DNA from: Pseudomonadota bacterium
GTDB lineage: Bacteria > Campylobacterota > Campylobacteria > Campylobacterales > Sulfurimonadaceae
Direction of reading: 5' to 3'
Length of the DNA: 64,000 bases
NCBI GenBank assembly: GCA_043797085.1
Contig: JAZDQA010000008.1
Location: 64,001-128,000, forward strand
Positions 9,979 through 19,437 of this stretch are shown here, piece after piece. A program made the translations under genes and the position numbers. The notes below the pieces were generated by a model that saw only the letters and a program-made list of their open reading frames with translations, was not told the DNA's origin and ran no database searches. Each line of letters begins with the position of its first letter. Position 1 is the stretch's first letter.

Positions 9979-11088
9979 TCATGACCATGAAATACAAGTG
10001 ATTTCTGCTTGTGAACCAAGCCTCATGGGCGGTCCCCAAAATCCGATACCGCTATTGACATAAATATGGCGATTGGATCCCAGAGGATAGAGCCCTTTTA
10101 TGTAAGGCTGTGCCAACCGGACTAGATATTCAAACGGCCAGATTTGCCCACCATGGGTATGACCGCTGAGAATCAAGGAGGGGGTAAACCCTTCCAGATA
10201 CTCTACGTATTTAGGCTGATGGGCTAAGAGCAGTGTTGGAGCGTTACTTGGGATATCTTTCATAGCTTGTCTGATGTCAGGTGCATGAGAACCAAATCGG
10301 TATCCAAAGAGATCATAGACTCCGGCGATGTAAAAATCATCAATCTTAACAGAGCTGTTTTCCAGCACATGGATACCCAGTGTTTTTAGATGAGCGATGG
10401 TTTCATCCAGCGAATGAAAATATTCATGGTTTCCCACAATGTAATAGGTCCCGTAACGGCTTTTAAGATGGCGCAGCTCATCAATCGTCTCTTTGATGAC
10501 ATTGACATGCGCATCAGATAAATCTCCCGTTATGGTGATGATATCAGGATTGAGTTGATTAATCATTTGAACACTTTTGCTCACAAACTCTTTATCGATG
10601 AGTCCTCCAATGTGCATGTCGCTTATTTGGGCGATGGTGTAGGTTTTGCCGTTGAAGCGGTTTTGTTGTACGTCGACAAACTTGACGACAGGATCTTTGG
10701 AACCCTCGTGTATTCCAGCTGCGATATAGGCACCTCCAAGAGTTAAAAATCCGATGTCGGTAGTCCGTTTGAAAAAAATCCGTTTTTCCGGACTAAATGG
10801 GGTATATTGCTGAAGAAGATGAAGTATTTCGTACAAGATCGTTCCGATAAAAAGGACAAATCCGACACCAATACCCAATGAAAGTACAAAATAGAGGACT
10901 TTAGGGGGGCTGAGGGTGTAACGGCTTGCGAGGTAACCGATGATGACAATCATGTTGAGCATGAGTAGATATTTTAAGAGTGATTTGGTTTGTACTTTAA
11001 CATGCAAACGACTGATCACACGGGTATAAGCCAAATAGTGAACCATTGCAAAAAAAATAGTGATAATAAAAGGGAAGAGACTTTTCAT
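9979..11088 (-). CDS. Membrane-anchored metallophosphoesterase (YkuE/YaeI-like)
   Basis: N-terminal TM helices; DMH, GD, GNHE, GHTHGGQ motifs. Confidence 0.88.
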   Translation of the reverse strand: MKSLFPFIITIFFAMVHYLAYTRVISRLHVKVQTKSLLKYLLMLNMIVIIGYLASRYTLSPPKVLYFVLSLGIGVGFVLFIGTILYEILHLLQQYTPFSPEKRIFFKRTTDIGFLTLGGAYIAAGIHEGSKDPVVKFVDVQQNRFNGKTYTIAQISDMHIGGLIDKEFVSKSVQMINQLNPDIITITGDLSDAHVNVIKETIDELRHLKSRYGTYYIVGNHEYFHSLDETIAHLKTLGIHVLENSSVKIDDFYIAGVYDLFGYRFGSHAPDIRQAMKDIPSNAPTLLLAHQPKYVEYLEGFTPSLILSGHTHGGQIWPFEYLVRLAQPYIKGLYPLGSNRHIYVNSGIGFWGPPMRLGSQAEITCISWS

Positions 11089-11201
11089 AGGGTCATTTTA
11101 ACGAAAAAAAGTGTCATATCTGATGCATTTTGCTTGTAACATTTTCGTAAGAGACTTTAGCTTATAATTGCAAAAATATTTACCAACTAAAGGGTTTAAC
11201 T

Positions 11202-12386
11202 ATGGCAACTGCACTTATTATCGGCGCCGGCGGAGTAGGGCGTGTTGTGGCACACAAATGTGTTATGAACAACAGTACATTCGATCGTATTATTTTGGCA
11301 AGCCGTACGTTAAAGCGTTGCGAAGAGATCCAAAGTGAACTTCCAGAGGGTGCAATCGAAATAGCGACCGTGGATGCGGATAATACTCAAGAAGTTATTG
11401 ATCTCATTAACCGTGTTAATGCGGATATTCTTATCAATGTTGCTCTTCCGTACCAAGATTTGACCATCATGGACGCATGTATCGCGACCAAAACACCGTA
11501 TCTCGATACGGCGAACTATGAACATCCCGATGAGGCAATGTTTGAATACAAAGAACAATGGGCAAAAGATCAGGCATTCAAAGATGCAGGTATTATGGGA
11601 CTATTGGGAAGCGGATTTGATCCGGGTGCAACCAATGTTTTTTGTGCGTATGCTCAAAAACACTATTTTGATGAGATCCATACGATCGATATTCTCGACT
11701 GTAACGCGGGCGATCATGGATACGCTTTTGCGACGAACTTTAATCCTGAAATCAATTTACGTGAAGTAAGTGCAAAGGGGCGTTATTGGGAAAATGGTGA
11801 GTGGATAGAGACAGAACCGATGGAGATTATGCAAGTATGGGATTATCCTGAAGTGGGACCAAAAGACAGCTATCTCCTTTATCACGAAGAGATGGAGTCC
11901 CTTGTTAAACACATCAAAGGGCTTAAACGTATCCGTTTCTTTATGACATTCGGTCAAAGCTACCTTACCCACATGAAATGTCTCGAAAATGTCGGAATGT
12001 TGGGAATCAAAGAGGTTGAACACAAAGGGATGAAGATCGTTCCGATGGAATTTTTGAAAACCTTGCTCCCTGATCCTGCGTCATTGGGTCCACGAACCAA
12101 AGGGAAAACCAACATCGGTATCGTAGCCGAGGGTCTAAAAGACGGCAAAAAACGTAAAATTTATATTTATCAGATCAAAGATCATGAAGAGTGCTATGCC
12201 GAGGTTAAATCTCAAGGTGTTTCATACACTACGGGTGTTCCAGCAGTTATCGGTGCAAAACTGATGGTTGAAGGGAAATGGAGCGGTAAGGGTGTGTTCA
12301 ATATGGAACAGATGGATCCTGATTTCTTTATGGATGAGATGAACACCCAAGGGCTTCCTTGGAATGTTATCGAGATGGACGTTTAA
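11202..12386 (+). CDS. Carboxynorspermidine/carboxyspermidine dehydrogenase (saccharopine dehydrogenase family)
   Basis: GAGGVG Rossmann motif, YLDTANYE, GFDPG, FATNFNPEINLRE; nspC nearby. Confidence 0.9.
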   Translation: MATALIIGAGGVGRVVAHKCVMNNSTFDRIILASRTLKRCEEIQSELPEGAIEIATVDADNTQEVIDLINRVNADILINVALPYQDLTIMDACIATKTPYLDTANYEHPDEAMFEYKEQWAKDQAFKDAGIMGLLGSGFDPGATNVFCAYAQKHYFDEIHTIDILDCNAGDHGYAFATNFNPEINLREVSAKGRYWENGEWIETEPMEIMQVWDYPEVGPKDSYLLYHEEMESLVKHIKGLKRIRFFMTFGQSYLTHMKCLENVGMLGIKEVEHKGMKIVPMEFLKTLLPDPASLGPRTKGKTNIGIVAEGLKDGKKRKIYIYQIKDHEECYAEVKSQGVSYTTGVPAVIGAKLMVEGKWSGKGVFNMEQMDPDFFMDEMNTQGLPWNVIEMDV

Positions 12387-13183
12387 CGAAAAAGTGCACT
12401 TGCATATCCGACGACACGGGCGGTATCTCCGCTTGCGTCGGCACTTGTTCGATAATCGAGTAAAGTAGCTTCCAGTCCTCTCTTTTTAGCGACGCTTAGC
12501 ATTGCTTCTACCCCTATCATTCCACACGCTTCACACCCATGATGCAACTCTTGCACATTTTCAGTACGAATCGCTTCCAGACAAACAGAATCGAGTTGTT
12601 TTGCCTTTTCAAGAGAGTAATAATGGCTCAAATCGGTACTAATAACGACAGCTGTATCAGGCAGATTTAAAACATACTCGATGATTGGTGAAATCTGTGA
12701 GGGATTAGAGTTGGCATATACCAGTTCAACAACTTTAACTTCATTCATATAATGTTTGATAAAGGGCATCTGCACTTCGGTACTGTGCTCGTGATGCGCT
12801 TGGGGAAAATATGAAATGTCTAAGTGCTGTATCAAATCTTTGACGAGTTTATGATCTATTTCTAAATTTCCAAGCGGCGTTTGATAGACTTCCATATCAG
12901 AAATACTTACCCCTTCAAATCCTACACGGTGGGATGGTCCGATGACAACAATGGTTTTTAAAGCGTTGTGGGAGAGGACACGATAGGCAATATTGGCAGT
13001 AAACCCTGAATAAATCCATCCAGCATGGGGGACAATCACCGCAGATCCGTAAAAAGAATCAAATTTCTCTAATGCTTCCGGATGAGATTCTAAAACAGTG
13101 TTGAAGTGATCTATCATTTGGATGATTTCATTCGATGTTGCAGGGTAAAAGCTTCCTGCGACGCTCATGGTTCGAATGCTCAT
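12383..13183 (-). CDS. amrB: AmmeMemoRadiSam system protein B (MEMO1 family)
   Basis: VAGSFYP, PHAGWIYSG, GPSH, EHSTEVQMPF, STDLSHY. Confidence 0.9.
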   Translation of the reverse strand: MSIRTMSVAGSFYPATSNEIIQMIDHFNTVLESHPEALEKFDSFYGSAVIVPHAGWIYSGFTANIAYRVLSHNALKTIVVIGPSHRVGFEGVSISDMEVYQTPLGNLEIDHKLVKDLIQHLDISYFPQAHHEHSTEVQMPFIKHYMNEVKVVELVYANSNPSQISPIIEYVLNLPDTAVVISTDLSHYYSLEKAKQLDSVCLEAIRTENVQELHHGCEACGMIGVEAMLSVAKKRGLEATLLDYRTSADASGDTARVVGYASALFR

Positions 13184-13184
13184 T

Positions 13185-13733
13185 TTAGTCCTCCTTTATT
13201 TTCTCAACTTGATAGGTATATATTTCGGGATGATACTCCAGTGGATCATTCCCAATACCTGCTTTTATCCCTAAATGGGCAAAAAAAGTTTCAAAATCAT
13301 TGAGTTCTTCCCATACCTGAGGCAAAAATGTTGCCTGATAGTTTCCTACTCTTAGAATCACGCCATCGGTTCTTGGGTGAATACGTGATTTTAAATCCGA
13401 TTTATCGGTATAAGGAACTAATTTAGGTTCGCTTAACAGCGAGACTTCTATGTTAATTTCAGTAAATTCAGCGGGGCTAAGAGGTGAAAAACGGGGGTCA
13501 TTAAACGCTGCTGATTGGGCATTGGAGATTAAATCATCTAAAAGAGGACGGTGTGCGACAAGAGAACCAATGCACCCTCGTAATTGTCCGTGCAGTGTCA
13601 AAGTAACAAAAGTTGCTTTCGGCTCGGACAGTTCAGGATGAGCAGCCAGTAACGCTTTTTTATCCATTTCCAGTCTCGAAAATCGTTTGAGTATAGACTC
13701 ACGCGCTATGGAGAGATAGAGTGAGGGAATCAT
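13185..13733 (-). CDS. amrA: AmmeMemoRadiSam system protein A (AMMECR1 family)
   Basis: ATFVTL, LRGCIG, AAFNDPRF, ATFLPQVWE. Confidence 0.9.
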   Translation of the reverse strand: MIPSLYLSIARESILKRFSRLEMDKKALLAAHPELSEPKATFVTLTLHGQLRGCIGSLVAHRPLLDDLISNAQSAAFNDPRFSPLSPAEFTEINIEVSLLSEPKLVPYTDKSDLKSRIHPRTDGVILRVGNYQATFLPQVWEELNDFETFFAHLGIKAGIGNDPLEYHPEIYTYQVEKIKED

Positions 13734-13754
13734 GTTGACCTCCTATGAAATAAA

Positions 13755-14366
13755 TTATTCTACAAAGCTATTCGCTTTGGTATAAATAGTATAAAGTTCT
13801 TCATGCGTTAAGTTTAGTTTGGGTGCAATAGCGTCAATCATCCCCTCTAAATTTTTTGTTTTTTCGAGTTTTTCAGTGATTGTCAAAATTTTACCCAAAT
13901 AGCCCTCTCGCGATAAAAGCGCATCCCTTATGGATTTTCCTACAACAATTTTCTCCAGCAGCTCTTCCATCGTCATTTGGAAATAAAGATCTATCAACGA
14001 TAAGCTTCCGGTTAGAAATGCTTCATCAGAAAGTTCATTTTTTTTGTGTGCAATGACCAATTCTCGCATCATATTAGCTCTAAATTTAGCTGATTTGATG
14101 GTTTCTTGACTCAAATTTGTTTCATTATCACTTGAATACACAAAAAGACCAAGCCATGAATGTAATCTTGCCGGTCCAAGCAGATTTATAATTTGTCGAA
14201 CACTGGTGATTTCACTTCTAAAATTGTATTCGGCAGAGTTAATATAGCGTAAAAGATTAAACGTAAGTTCCGGATAGAGGGAAAATTTATCGGTAATAAT
14301 TTTTAAATCGGTTGTTTCATTTAATGTGTTTAAGACATCAATGACATTTAGACTTTTTACATTCAT
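13755..14366 (-). CDS. Stand-alone HDOD domain protein
   Basis: PELTFNLLRYINSA, ITSVRQIINLLG, AFLTGSLSLID. Confidence 0.8.
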   Translation of the reverse strand: MNVKSLNVIDVLNTLNETTDLKIITDKFSLYPELTFNLLRYINSAEYNFRSEITSVRQIINLLGPARLHSWLGLFVYSSDNETNLSQETIKSAKFRANMMRELVIAHKKNELSDEAFLTGSLSLIDLYFQMTMEELLEKIVVGKSIRDALLSREGYLGKILTITEKLEKTKNLEGMIDAIAPKLNLTHEELYTIYTKANSFVE

Positions 14367-14459
14367 AGCGGTTACCTTATTGTTGTATGGTTGTTTATTT
14401 TAGGTGAAATCATCTTAAATACTCTCAAGAATAAGGGGTATAGTAGTAAATCCAATTTT

Positions 14460-14475
14460 TGGAACTGTTTTTGCT
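14460..14475 (+). promoter_or_regulatory. Canonical sigma54 promoter (GG-N10-GC) upstream of the M15 peptidase gene
   Basis: TGGAAC-TGTTT-TTGCT, matching the Campylobacterota flagellar sigma54 consensus. Confidence 0.7.
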
Positions 14476-14557
14476 AAATTTTAAAAGCTAAAATCCGATA
14501 GTATTAAAAATAGATTTTTTATAATACATTTTACAGAATGATGAAGGAAAATGAAGA

Positions 14558-15313
14558 GTGGACAGAAGAACGTTTTTAACACTAAGTGCACTGACCGCTT
14601 CGAGTCCTCTCTTTGGAATAAGGGAAGAGATAGATTTGGCCGAAAAAAGAAAAGGTGCAAATAGTCTTGTTACTTCGCTTTTAAAAAAACTTATTATTGT
14701 GCAAAATCAAGTCGGCTATGTTCAGTTTAACATTTTAAGTTTTGATGATTTATTGAAAACAGCAGCACAGTGCAAAAAACCGCTTCAGCCTGAGGAAATT
14801 GATTATATTGAATCGATCTTTTATGGTGATCCGCGAAAATATGGTTTTTATGGAGAGAGAACCGTTCCTGAACTTACCGTAGTAACACCTAAAAAAGATG
14901 TTATTTATATGGATAAAACAGGACATTTTCTGATGAAGGGAGCAGCCAGTGAAAAATTTGCCCAAATTAAACGTCTGATTGGTCCCGATCTTGTTCTCAC
15001 ATCGGGCGTACGTGCTCCTGTTAAACAGCTTTATCTTTTTTTGAAAAAAATGGAGTATGCGGGCGGTGATTTACGCCTCACTTCTAACTCCATAGCTCCT
15101 CCCGGCTTTACATTCCACAGTGTCGGTGATTTTGATATTGGTAAAGCGGGATACGGACATTTTAATTTTACCGATAAATTCCAAGAAACAGATGTTTTCA
15201 AAAAGCTTTATGACGGCGGATACATATCTATTCGTTACACATCCAATAATCCATACGGTGTTCGATTTGAACCGTGGCATATCAAGGTCACAGGCGGTTT
15301 TGAGACGGCTTAA
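14558..15313 (+). CDS. Tat-exported M15 (VanY-like) D-Ala-D-Ala carboxypeptidase family protein
   Basis: RRTFL twin-arginine signal; TSGVR, APPGFTFH..GDFD, EPWH. Confidence 0.82.
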   Translation: MDRRTFLTLSALTASSPLFGIREEIDLAEKRKGANSLVTSLLKKLIIVQNQVGYVQFNILSFDDLLKTAAQCKKPLQPEEIDYIESIFYGDPRKYGFYGERTVPELTVVTPKKDVIYMDKTGHFLMKGAASEKFAQIKRLIGPDLVLTSGVRAPVKQLYLFLKKMEYAGGDLRLTSNSIAPPGFTFHSVGDFDIGKAGYGHFNFTDKFQETDVFKKLYDGGYISIRYTSNNPYGVRFEPWHIKVTGGFETA

Positions 15314-15359
15314 TACCCTTTTATGATACAATGACGCCATTAAAATTAAGGATTTTTGG

Positions 15360-16505
15360 ATGTCTGGTATCGATTTGACTCAACTGCCTCATACCCCTAT
15401 GTACATTTGCGAAGAAGCTCTTTTAGAAAAAAATTTAGACCTTTTAGGACGTGTTCAGCGTGAATCGGGAGCCAAAGTTATCCTTGCTCTCAAAGGGTTT
15501 GCAATGTGGTCAACTTTTCCGCTTGTGTCGCAATATCTCCAAGGATGTACCGCGAGCGGATTGCATGAAGCCAAGCTTGCACGCGAGAAGATGAATAAAG
15601 AGGTGCATACCTATTCACCTGCATTCAAAGACGATGAAATCGATGAAATAGCGCGTATTTCCGATGATATTGTGTTTAACTCTCCTGCTCAGTTTCACCG
15701 TTATTATGAGCGTGTCAAGACTATCAATCCTACTATCTCTGTTTCTTTGCGTGTTAATCCTGAATATTCCTCTTCTCCCGTGGATTTGTATAACCCTTGC
15801 GGTCTTTACAGCCGTTTGGGAACGACAATAGCCAACTTTGACCCTGCCATTGTTTCGAAGCTCGATGGGCTCAATTTTCATGCATTGTGCGAACAAAATG
15901 TCGATGCTCTCGAAGGGGTACTTGAAGCGTTTGAAGCAAAATTCGGCGATTACATCGACACAATGAAGTATATCAATTTCGGAGGAGGGCATCATATCAC
16001 CCGTGTTGATTATGATGTTGATCGTCTTATCGAAGTGATTCGTGCATTTAAAGCTCGTCATAATGATATTATCGTCTATCTTGAACCCGGTGAAGCCGTT
16101 GGATGGCAGACGGGAACACTTGTTGCCTCAGTTTTGGACATTGTCCGCAATGGAATGGATATCGCCATTCTCGATACCTCTGCTGAAGCACACATGCCCG
16201 ATACTCTGGCAATGCCGTATCGTGCAATGATTCGACATTCAGGTGAAGCAGGAGAGAAGGCGTATACGTATCGATTTGGTGGGAATACGTGTCTTGCAGG
16301 GGATATTATGGGAGATTATTCGTTTGATGAACCGCTTAAAGTCGGAGATAAAATTATTTTCGAAGATCAAATCCATTATACCTTTGTGAAAAATACAACA
16401 TTTAACGGGATCAAGCTTCCTTCCCTTGCTATTTGGACGAAAGAAAATGAGCTAAAAATCGTTCATGAATTTGGATATGAGGATTATCGAAACCGTCTCT
16501 CCTAA
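15360..16505 (+). CDS. nspC: Carboxynorspermidine decarboxylase
   Basis: LALKGF, HFH-like NFHALCEQ, NFGGGHH, EPGEA, CLAGD, TTFNG. Confidence 0.93.
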   Translation: MSGIDLTQLPHTPMYICEEALLEKNLDLLGRVQRESGAKVILALKGFAMWSTFPLVSQYLQGCTASGLHEAKLAREKMNKEVHTYSPAFKDDEIDEIARISDDIVFNSPAQFHRYYERVKTINPTISVSLRVNPEYSSSPVDLYNPCGLYSRLGTTIANFDPAIVSKLDGLNFHALCEQNVDALEGVLEAFEAKFGDYIDTMKYINFGGGHHITRVDYDVDRLIEVIRAFKARHNDIIVYLEPGEAVGWQTGTLVASVLDIVRNGMDIAILDTSAEAHMPDTLAMPYRAMIRHSGEAGEKAYTYRFGGNTCLAGDIMGDYSFDEPLKVGDKIIFEDQIHYTFVKNTTFNGIKLPSLAIWTKENELKIVHEFGYEDYRNRLS

Positions 16506-17578
16506 ATCAGCTCTTCTCTGAGCTTTTTAATAATTTCTTGTTCACGTCGAGAGATATATTTACTAAGTTCTGCCTCTTGCTGCACTGTCGGAGTTATTTT
16601 GAAATGGTATTTGTATCCACCTTCATACGCAGATTTGAAGATCAGTTGACCTTGTACTTCACAGGTTTGTTCCATGATCTCAGTGGGAAAAAGCAGGGTT
16701 ACATCAACAAAAGGTGAGAGTGAGTAAAAATCTTTGCTCGTGACGGCAATCCCTCCGATTGAAATATCATAGGCTTGTGCTTGCAATGTAAGTGATGGAT
16801 GAATAATGGTGAATTTGTAGGGTTGATGCGGATGAACACGAATACTTTGACGGTGGAAAAGAGATGTTTGAAGCTGGTCAAAGCGGCTTAGTTCTAAAAG
16901 TCGTTCTCCCATGAGTGTTATTGGATTGACCGAAGCATAAACATCATACATAAAGTGATCATTTTTAAGAAGATAAATACCATTTTGTAGCAGTGAAGCA
17001 GTCTCTTGGAGAGGATGCGGTCGGATAATGACACTTTGCTTATCGGTGTGGAGTATTTCTGCCGGATATTGGATCGGTACACCGTAATACGTATTGAGCA
17101 CGGTGATACTCTCTGAATTTTGTCTCAGCATTTCAAGTGCATTGATAAGAGCATCTTCAAATATAAACAAGGACTCATCTTCGAAACGTTCGGCAGCATA
17201 GGCGATAAATTGTTCGATTGCAAAAGCAAAAGGGGGAATTTTTTCCCAGCCTCCAACCGTTCCGTAAAATGATTTGATATAGTGATTTAAAACAATATAA
17301 AAAGTATCAGAAAAAAATCGTTCAATTTTACTTTGTTCTAGAACGTGCTTGCGTATATCATGAAGAATATTTTTAAAGTCTTGATTCGTATTGACAAAAA
17401 GAGCGTCAAACAGCGGAGTGAAAAGATTTTGGAAACGGCTTTGTGATATAGGATTTTGATCAATATCGGTATAGACTTTCCATGCAGCTTTGAGAAAGAT
17501 TTGACGGAATGATTTTAGGTCAAAATTCGGATCTGAAAGAGATTTAAATACATCAAGAAAAGCTTTATTAGTTGACAT
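16502..17578 (-). CDS. PilZ domain protein
   Basis: RQSIR (RxxxR) and DISIGG (DxSxxG) in the C-terminal domain. Confidence 0.78.
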   Translation of the reverse strand: MSTNKAFLDVFKSLSDPNFDLKSFRQIFLKAAWKVYTDIDQNPISQSRFQNLFTPLFDALFVNTNQDFKNILHDIRKHVLEQSKIERFFSDTFYIVLNHYIKSFYGTVGGWEKIPPFAFAIEQFIAYAAERFEDESLFIFEDALINALEMLRQNSESITVLNTYYGVPIQYPAEILHTDKQSVIIRPHPLQETASLLQNGIYLLKNDHFMYDVYASVNPITLMGERLLELSRFDQLQTSLFHRQSIRVHPHQPYKFTIIHPSLTLQAQAYDISIGGIAVTSKDFYSLSPFVDVTLLFPTEIMEQTCEVQGQLIFKSAYEGGYKYHFKITPTVQQEAELSKYISRREQEIIKKLREELI

Positions 17579-18509
17579 TTGTAGGTTCTTCCATTGTAAA
17601 TGAAACTGCTGCTTTTATGGCATTAATATAACTTAATGTCGATGCTTTATTTTGGTACGCAATATCAAATGCCGTTCCATGATCGACAGAGGTTCGTATG
17701 ATTGGAAGCCCCAGTGAGACATTGATCCCCTCATCAAAATAGAGTGCTTTGAGGGGGGCTAGTCCTTGGTCGTGATACATGGCGATGTAGTGGGTAAAAT
17801 GCTCACGTACACGAGGTGTAAAGGCAACATCGGGGACAAGCGGTCCTATGAATATTTTTTCACCCAGTTGTTCGTTTACGCGGGCTATGGCTTTTTCGAT
17901 TTCACGTTCTTCATCCCCTAGTACACCATTATCTCCTGCATGAGGATTGAGTCCTAACACAGCAATATTTTTAACTTTCATACTCTCATAAAAACGGAGC
18001 ATAAAATCAGTGAGTTCATCGGTATTGATATGACTCATAACATCTCGAAGCGGAATATGTTCTGTAAAGAGGGCTACATACATTTTTTCGCATCCGAGCA
18101 TCATGATTGCTTCTTGGTTGAATATGTCTCTTAATGCGTCGGTATGACCTTTGTACTGTATCCCTGCCATCATCCATGCCTCTTTGTGAATGGGGAGAGT
18201 TACGATAGCATCTACTGCCTTACTGCGTGCTAGATCCACCGCACTTTTAAAAGAATCAAAACTGTATTTTCCGCTGGATGCCGATACTTCGCCTGCGGTG
18301 ATAGTGAATTCTCCTGAAACTTTAAACATATGAAAATCATTGGGAATTTGTTTTTTCAATAATAGTGCAGCTTGATGCGACATCGTGTAATTAATGCAAT
18401 ATAAAGGGGTACAAAGGCGTTTAATTTGATCATGTGCTTTGAGAAGTATCTCAAAACCAACGCCGTTTAGATCACCAACACTGATGGCGATACGCTTTAG
18501 CGCTGACAT
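17568..18509 (-). CDS. pdxA: 4-hydroxythreonine-4-phosphate dehydrogenase
   Basis: GDLNGVG, GHTD, GLNPHAG, MYHDQG, RTSVDHGTAFDIA. Confidence 0.95.
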   Translation of the reverse strand: MSALKRIAISVGDLNGVGFEILLKAHDQIKRLCTPLYCINYTMSHQAALLLKKQIPNDFHMFKVSGEFTITAGEVSASSGKYSFDSFKSAVDLARSKAVDAIVTLPIHKEAWMMAGIQYKGHTDALRDIFNQEAIMMLGCEKMYVALFTEHIPLRDVMSHINTDELTDFMLRFYESMKVKNIAVLGLNPHAGDNGVLGDEEREIEKAIARVNEQLGEKIFIGPLVPDVAFTPRVREHFTHYIAMYHDQGLAPLKALYFDEGINVSLGLPIIRTSVDHGTAFDIAYQNKASTLSYINAIKAAVSFTMEEPTNVN

Positions 18510-19300
18510 AGACTTTTCATATCTTGGACAGCATGAGCGAGACCGGTAAAAATGGATCTGGCAATGATACTTTGACCAATGTTGAGCTCTTCTATCGTAG
18601 TGATGTTGACGATTTCTGTAACATTTTGATAATTTAGTCCATGTCCTGCGGCGACTTTTAATCCTAAACTTCGTGCATGATTCGCGGCTTCTACGACATC
18701 GCCATAGGCACTTTCAAGCCGTTCATCGAGTTGGGCTCGGCTAAGGCGCAATGAGTCAATAGCGTGATGAGAATGGGGAAGGCAACTGTGACGCATGGCA
18801 TAGATATTGGCATAGCTTCCTGTGTGCAGTTCTACCCATTGAGCCCCTAATTTAGAGGCAAGCTCTACCGCCTCTCGTGTAGGATCGATAAAAAGGGAGA
18901 CTTCGATTTCATGGGCTTTTAATGTATTAATAGTGTTTAATATTGATTCGTAGTGTCCTGATACATCGAGTCCTCCTTCGGTGGTTACTTCTTCTCGCTT
19001 TTCAGGAACAAGCGTCGCACGGTGAGGATGCAATGCACATACGATTTCTATTATCGCAGGATCTATCGCACACTCCAAATTGACAGGAAGCACAGAGGAT
19101 GCGATAATACGGCGAGTATCTTCATCATGGATATGGCGACGATCTTCTCGTAAATGAATCGTTATTTGATCCGCACCCGCTTGTGCGCAAATCGCTAATG
19201 CCATAAGTGGATCAGGATCATTGATCTTACGTGCTTCACGTAAAACTGCAATATGATCTATGTTGACACCTAGAGTCATTTTAGGCTTGCCGTTTTGCAT
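18497..19300 (-). CDS. pdxJ: Pyridoxine 5'-phosphate synthase
   Basis: LGVNIDHIA, HLREDRRHI, TTEGG, ELHTG, AGHGL, ELNIG. Confidence 0.95.
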   Translation of the reverse strand: MQNGKPKMTLGVNIDHIAVLREARKINDPDPLMALAICAQAGADQITIHLREDRRHIHDEDTRRIIASSVLPVNLECAIDPAIIEIVCALHPHRATLVPEKREEVTTEGGLDVSGHYESILNTINTLKAHEIEVSLFIDPTREAVELASKLGAQWVELHTGSYANIYAMRHSCLPHSHHAIDSLRLSRAQLDERLESAYGDVVEAANHARSLGLKVAAGHGLNYQNVTEIVNITTIEELNIGQSIIARSIFTGLAHAVQDMKSLCQR

Positions 19301-19395
19301 AAAAATCCTTTTGTATGATTTTAAATTTTCTTAAAGCTATTAACGAATTATACCGAACAATTAATGGCAAAAAAATAGGATACAAATACCCCCTC

Positions 19396-19411
19396 TCGCA
19401 CAAATCTTGCA
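19396..19411 (+). promoter_or_regulatory. Non-canonical sigma54-type promoter for the nifN operon
   Basis: TCGCAC-AAATC-TTGCA (CG-N10-GC), ending 26 nt before ATG 19438. Confidence 0.7.
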
Positions 19412-19437
19412 ATACAACTTTTAATCAAGGAGTTGCC

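Noticed and set aside
19315..19437. Upstream in-frame extensions given by the ORF track for nifN (similarly rpoN, nifW, ferredoxin, cheA, ald, ArsC, EAL gene)
   Set aside because: Downstream starts have better RBS or translational coupling, and the extensions cover promoters or neighbouring genes.
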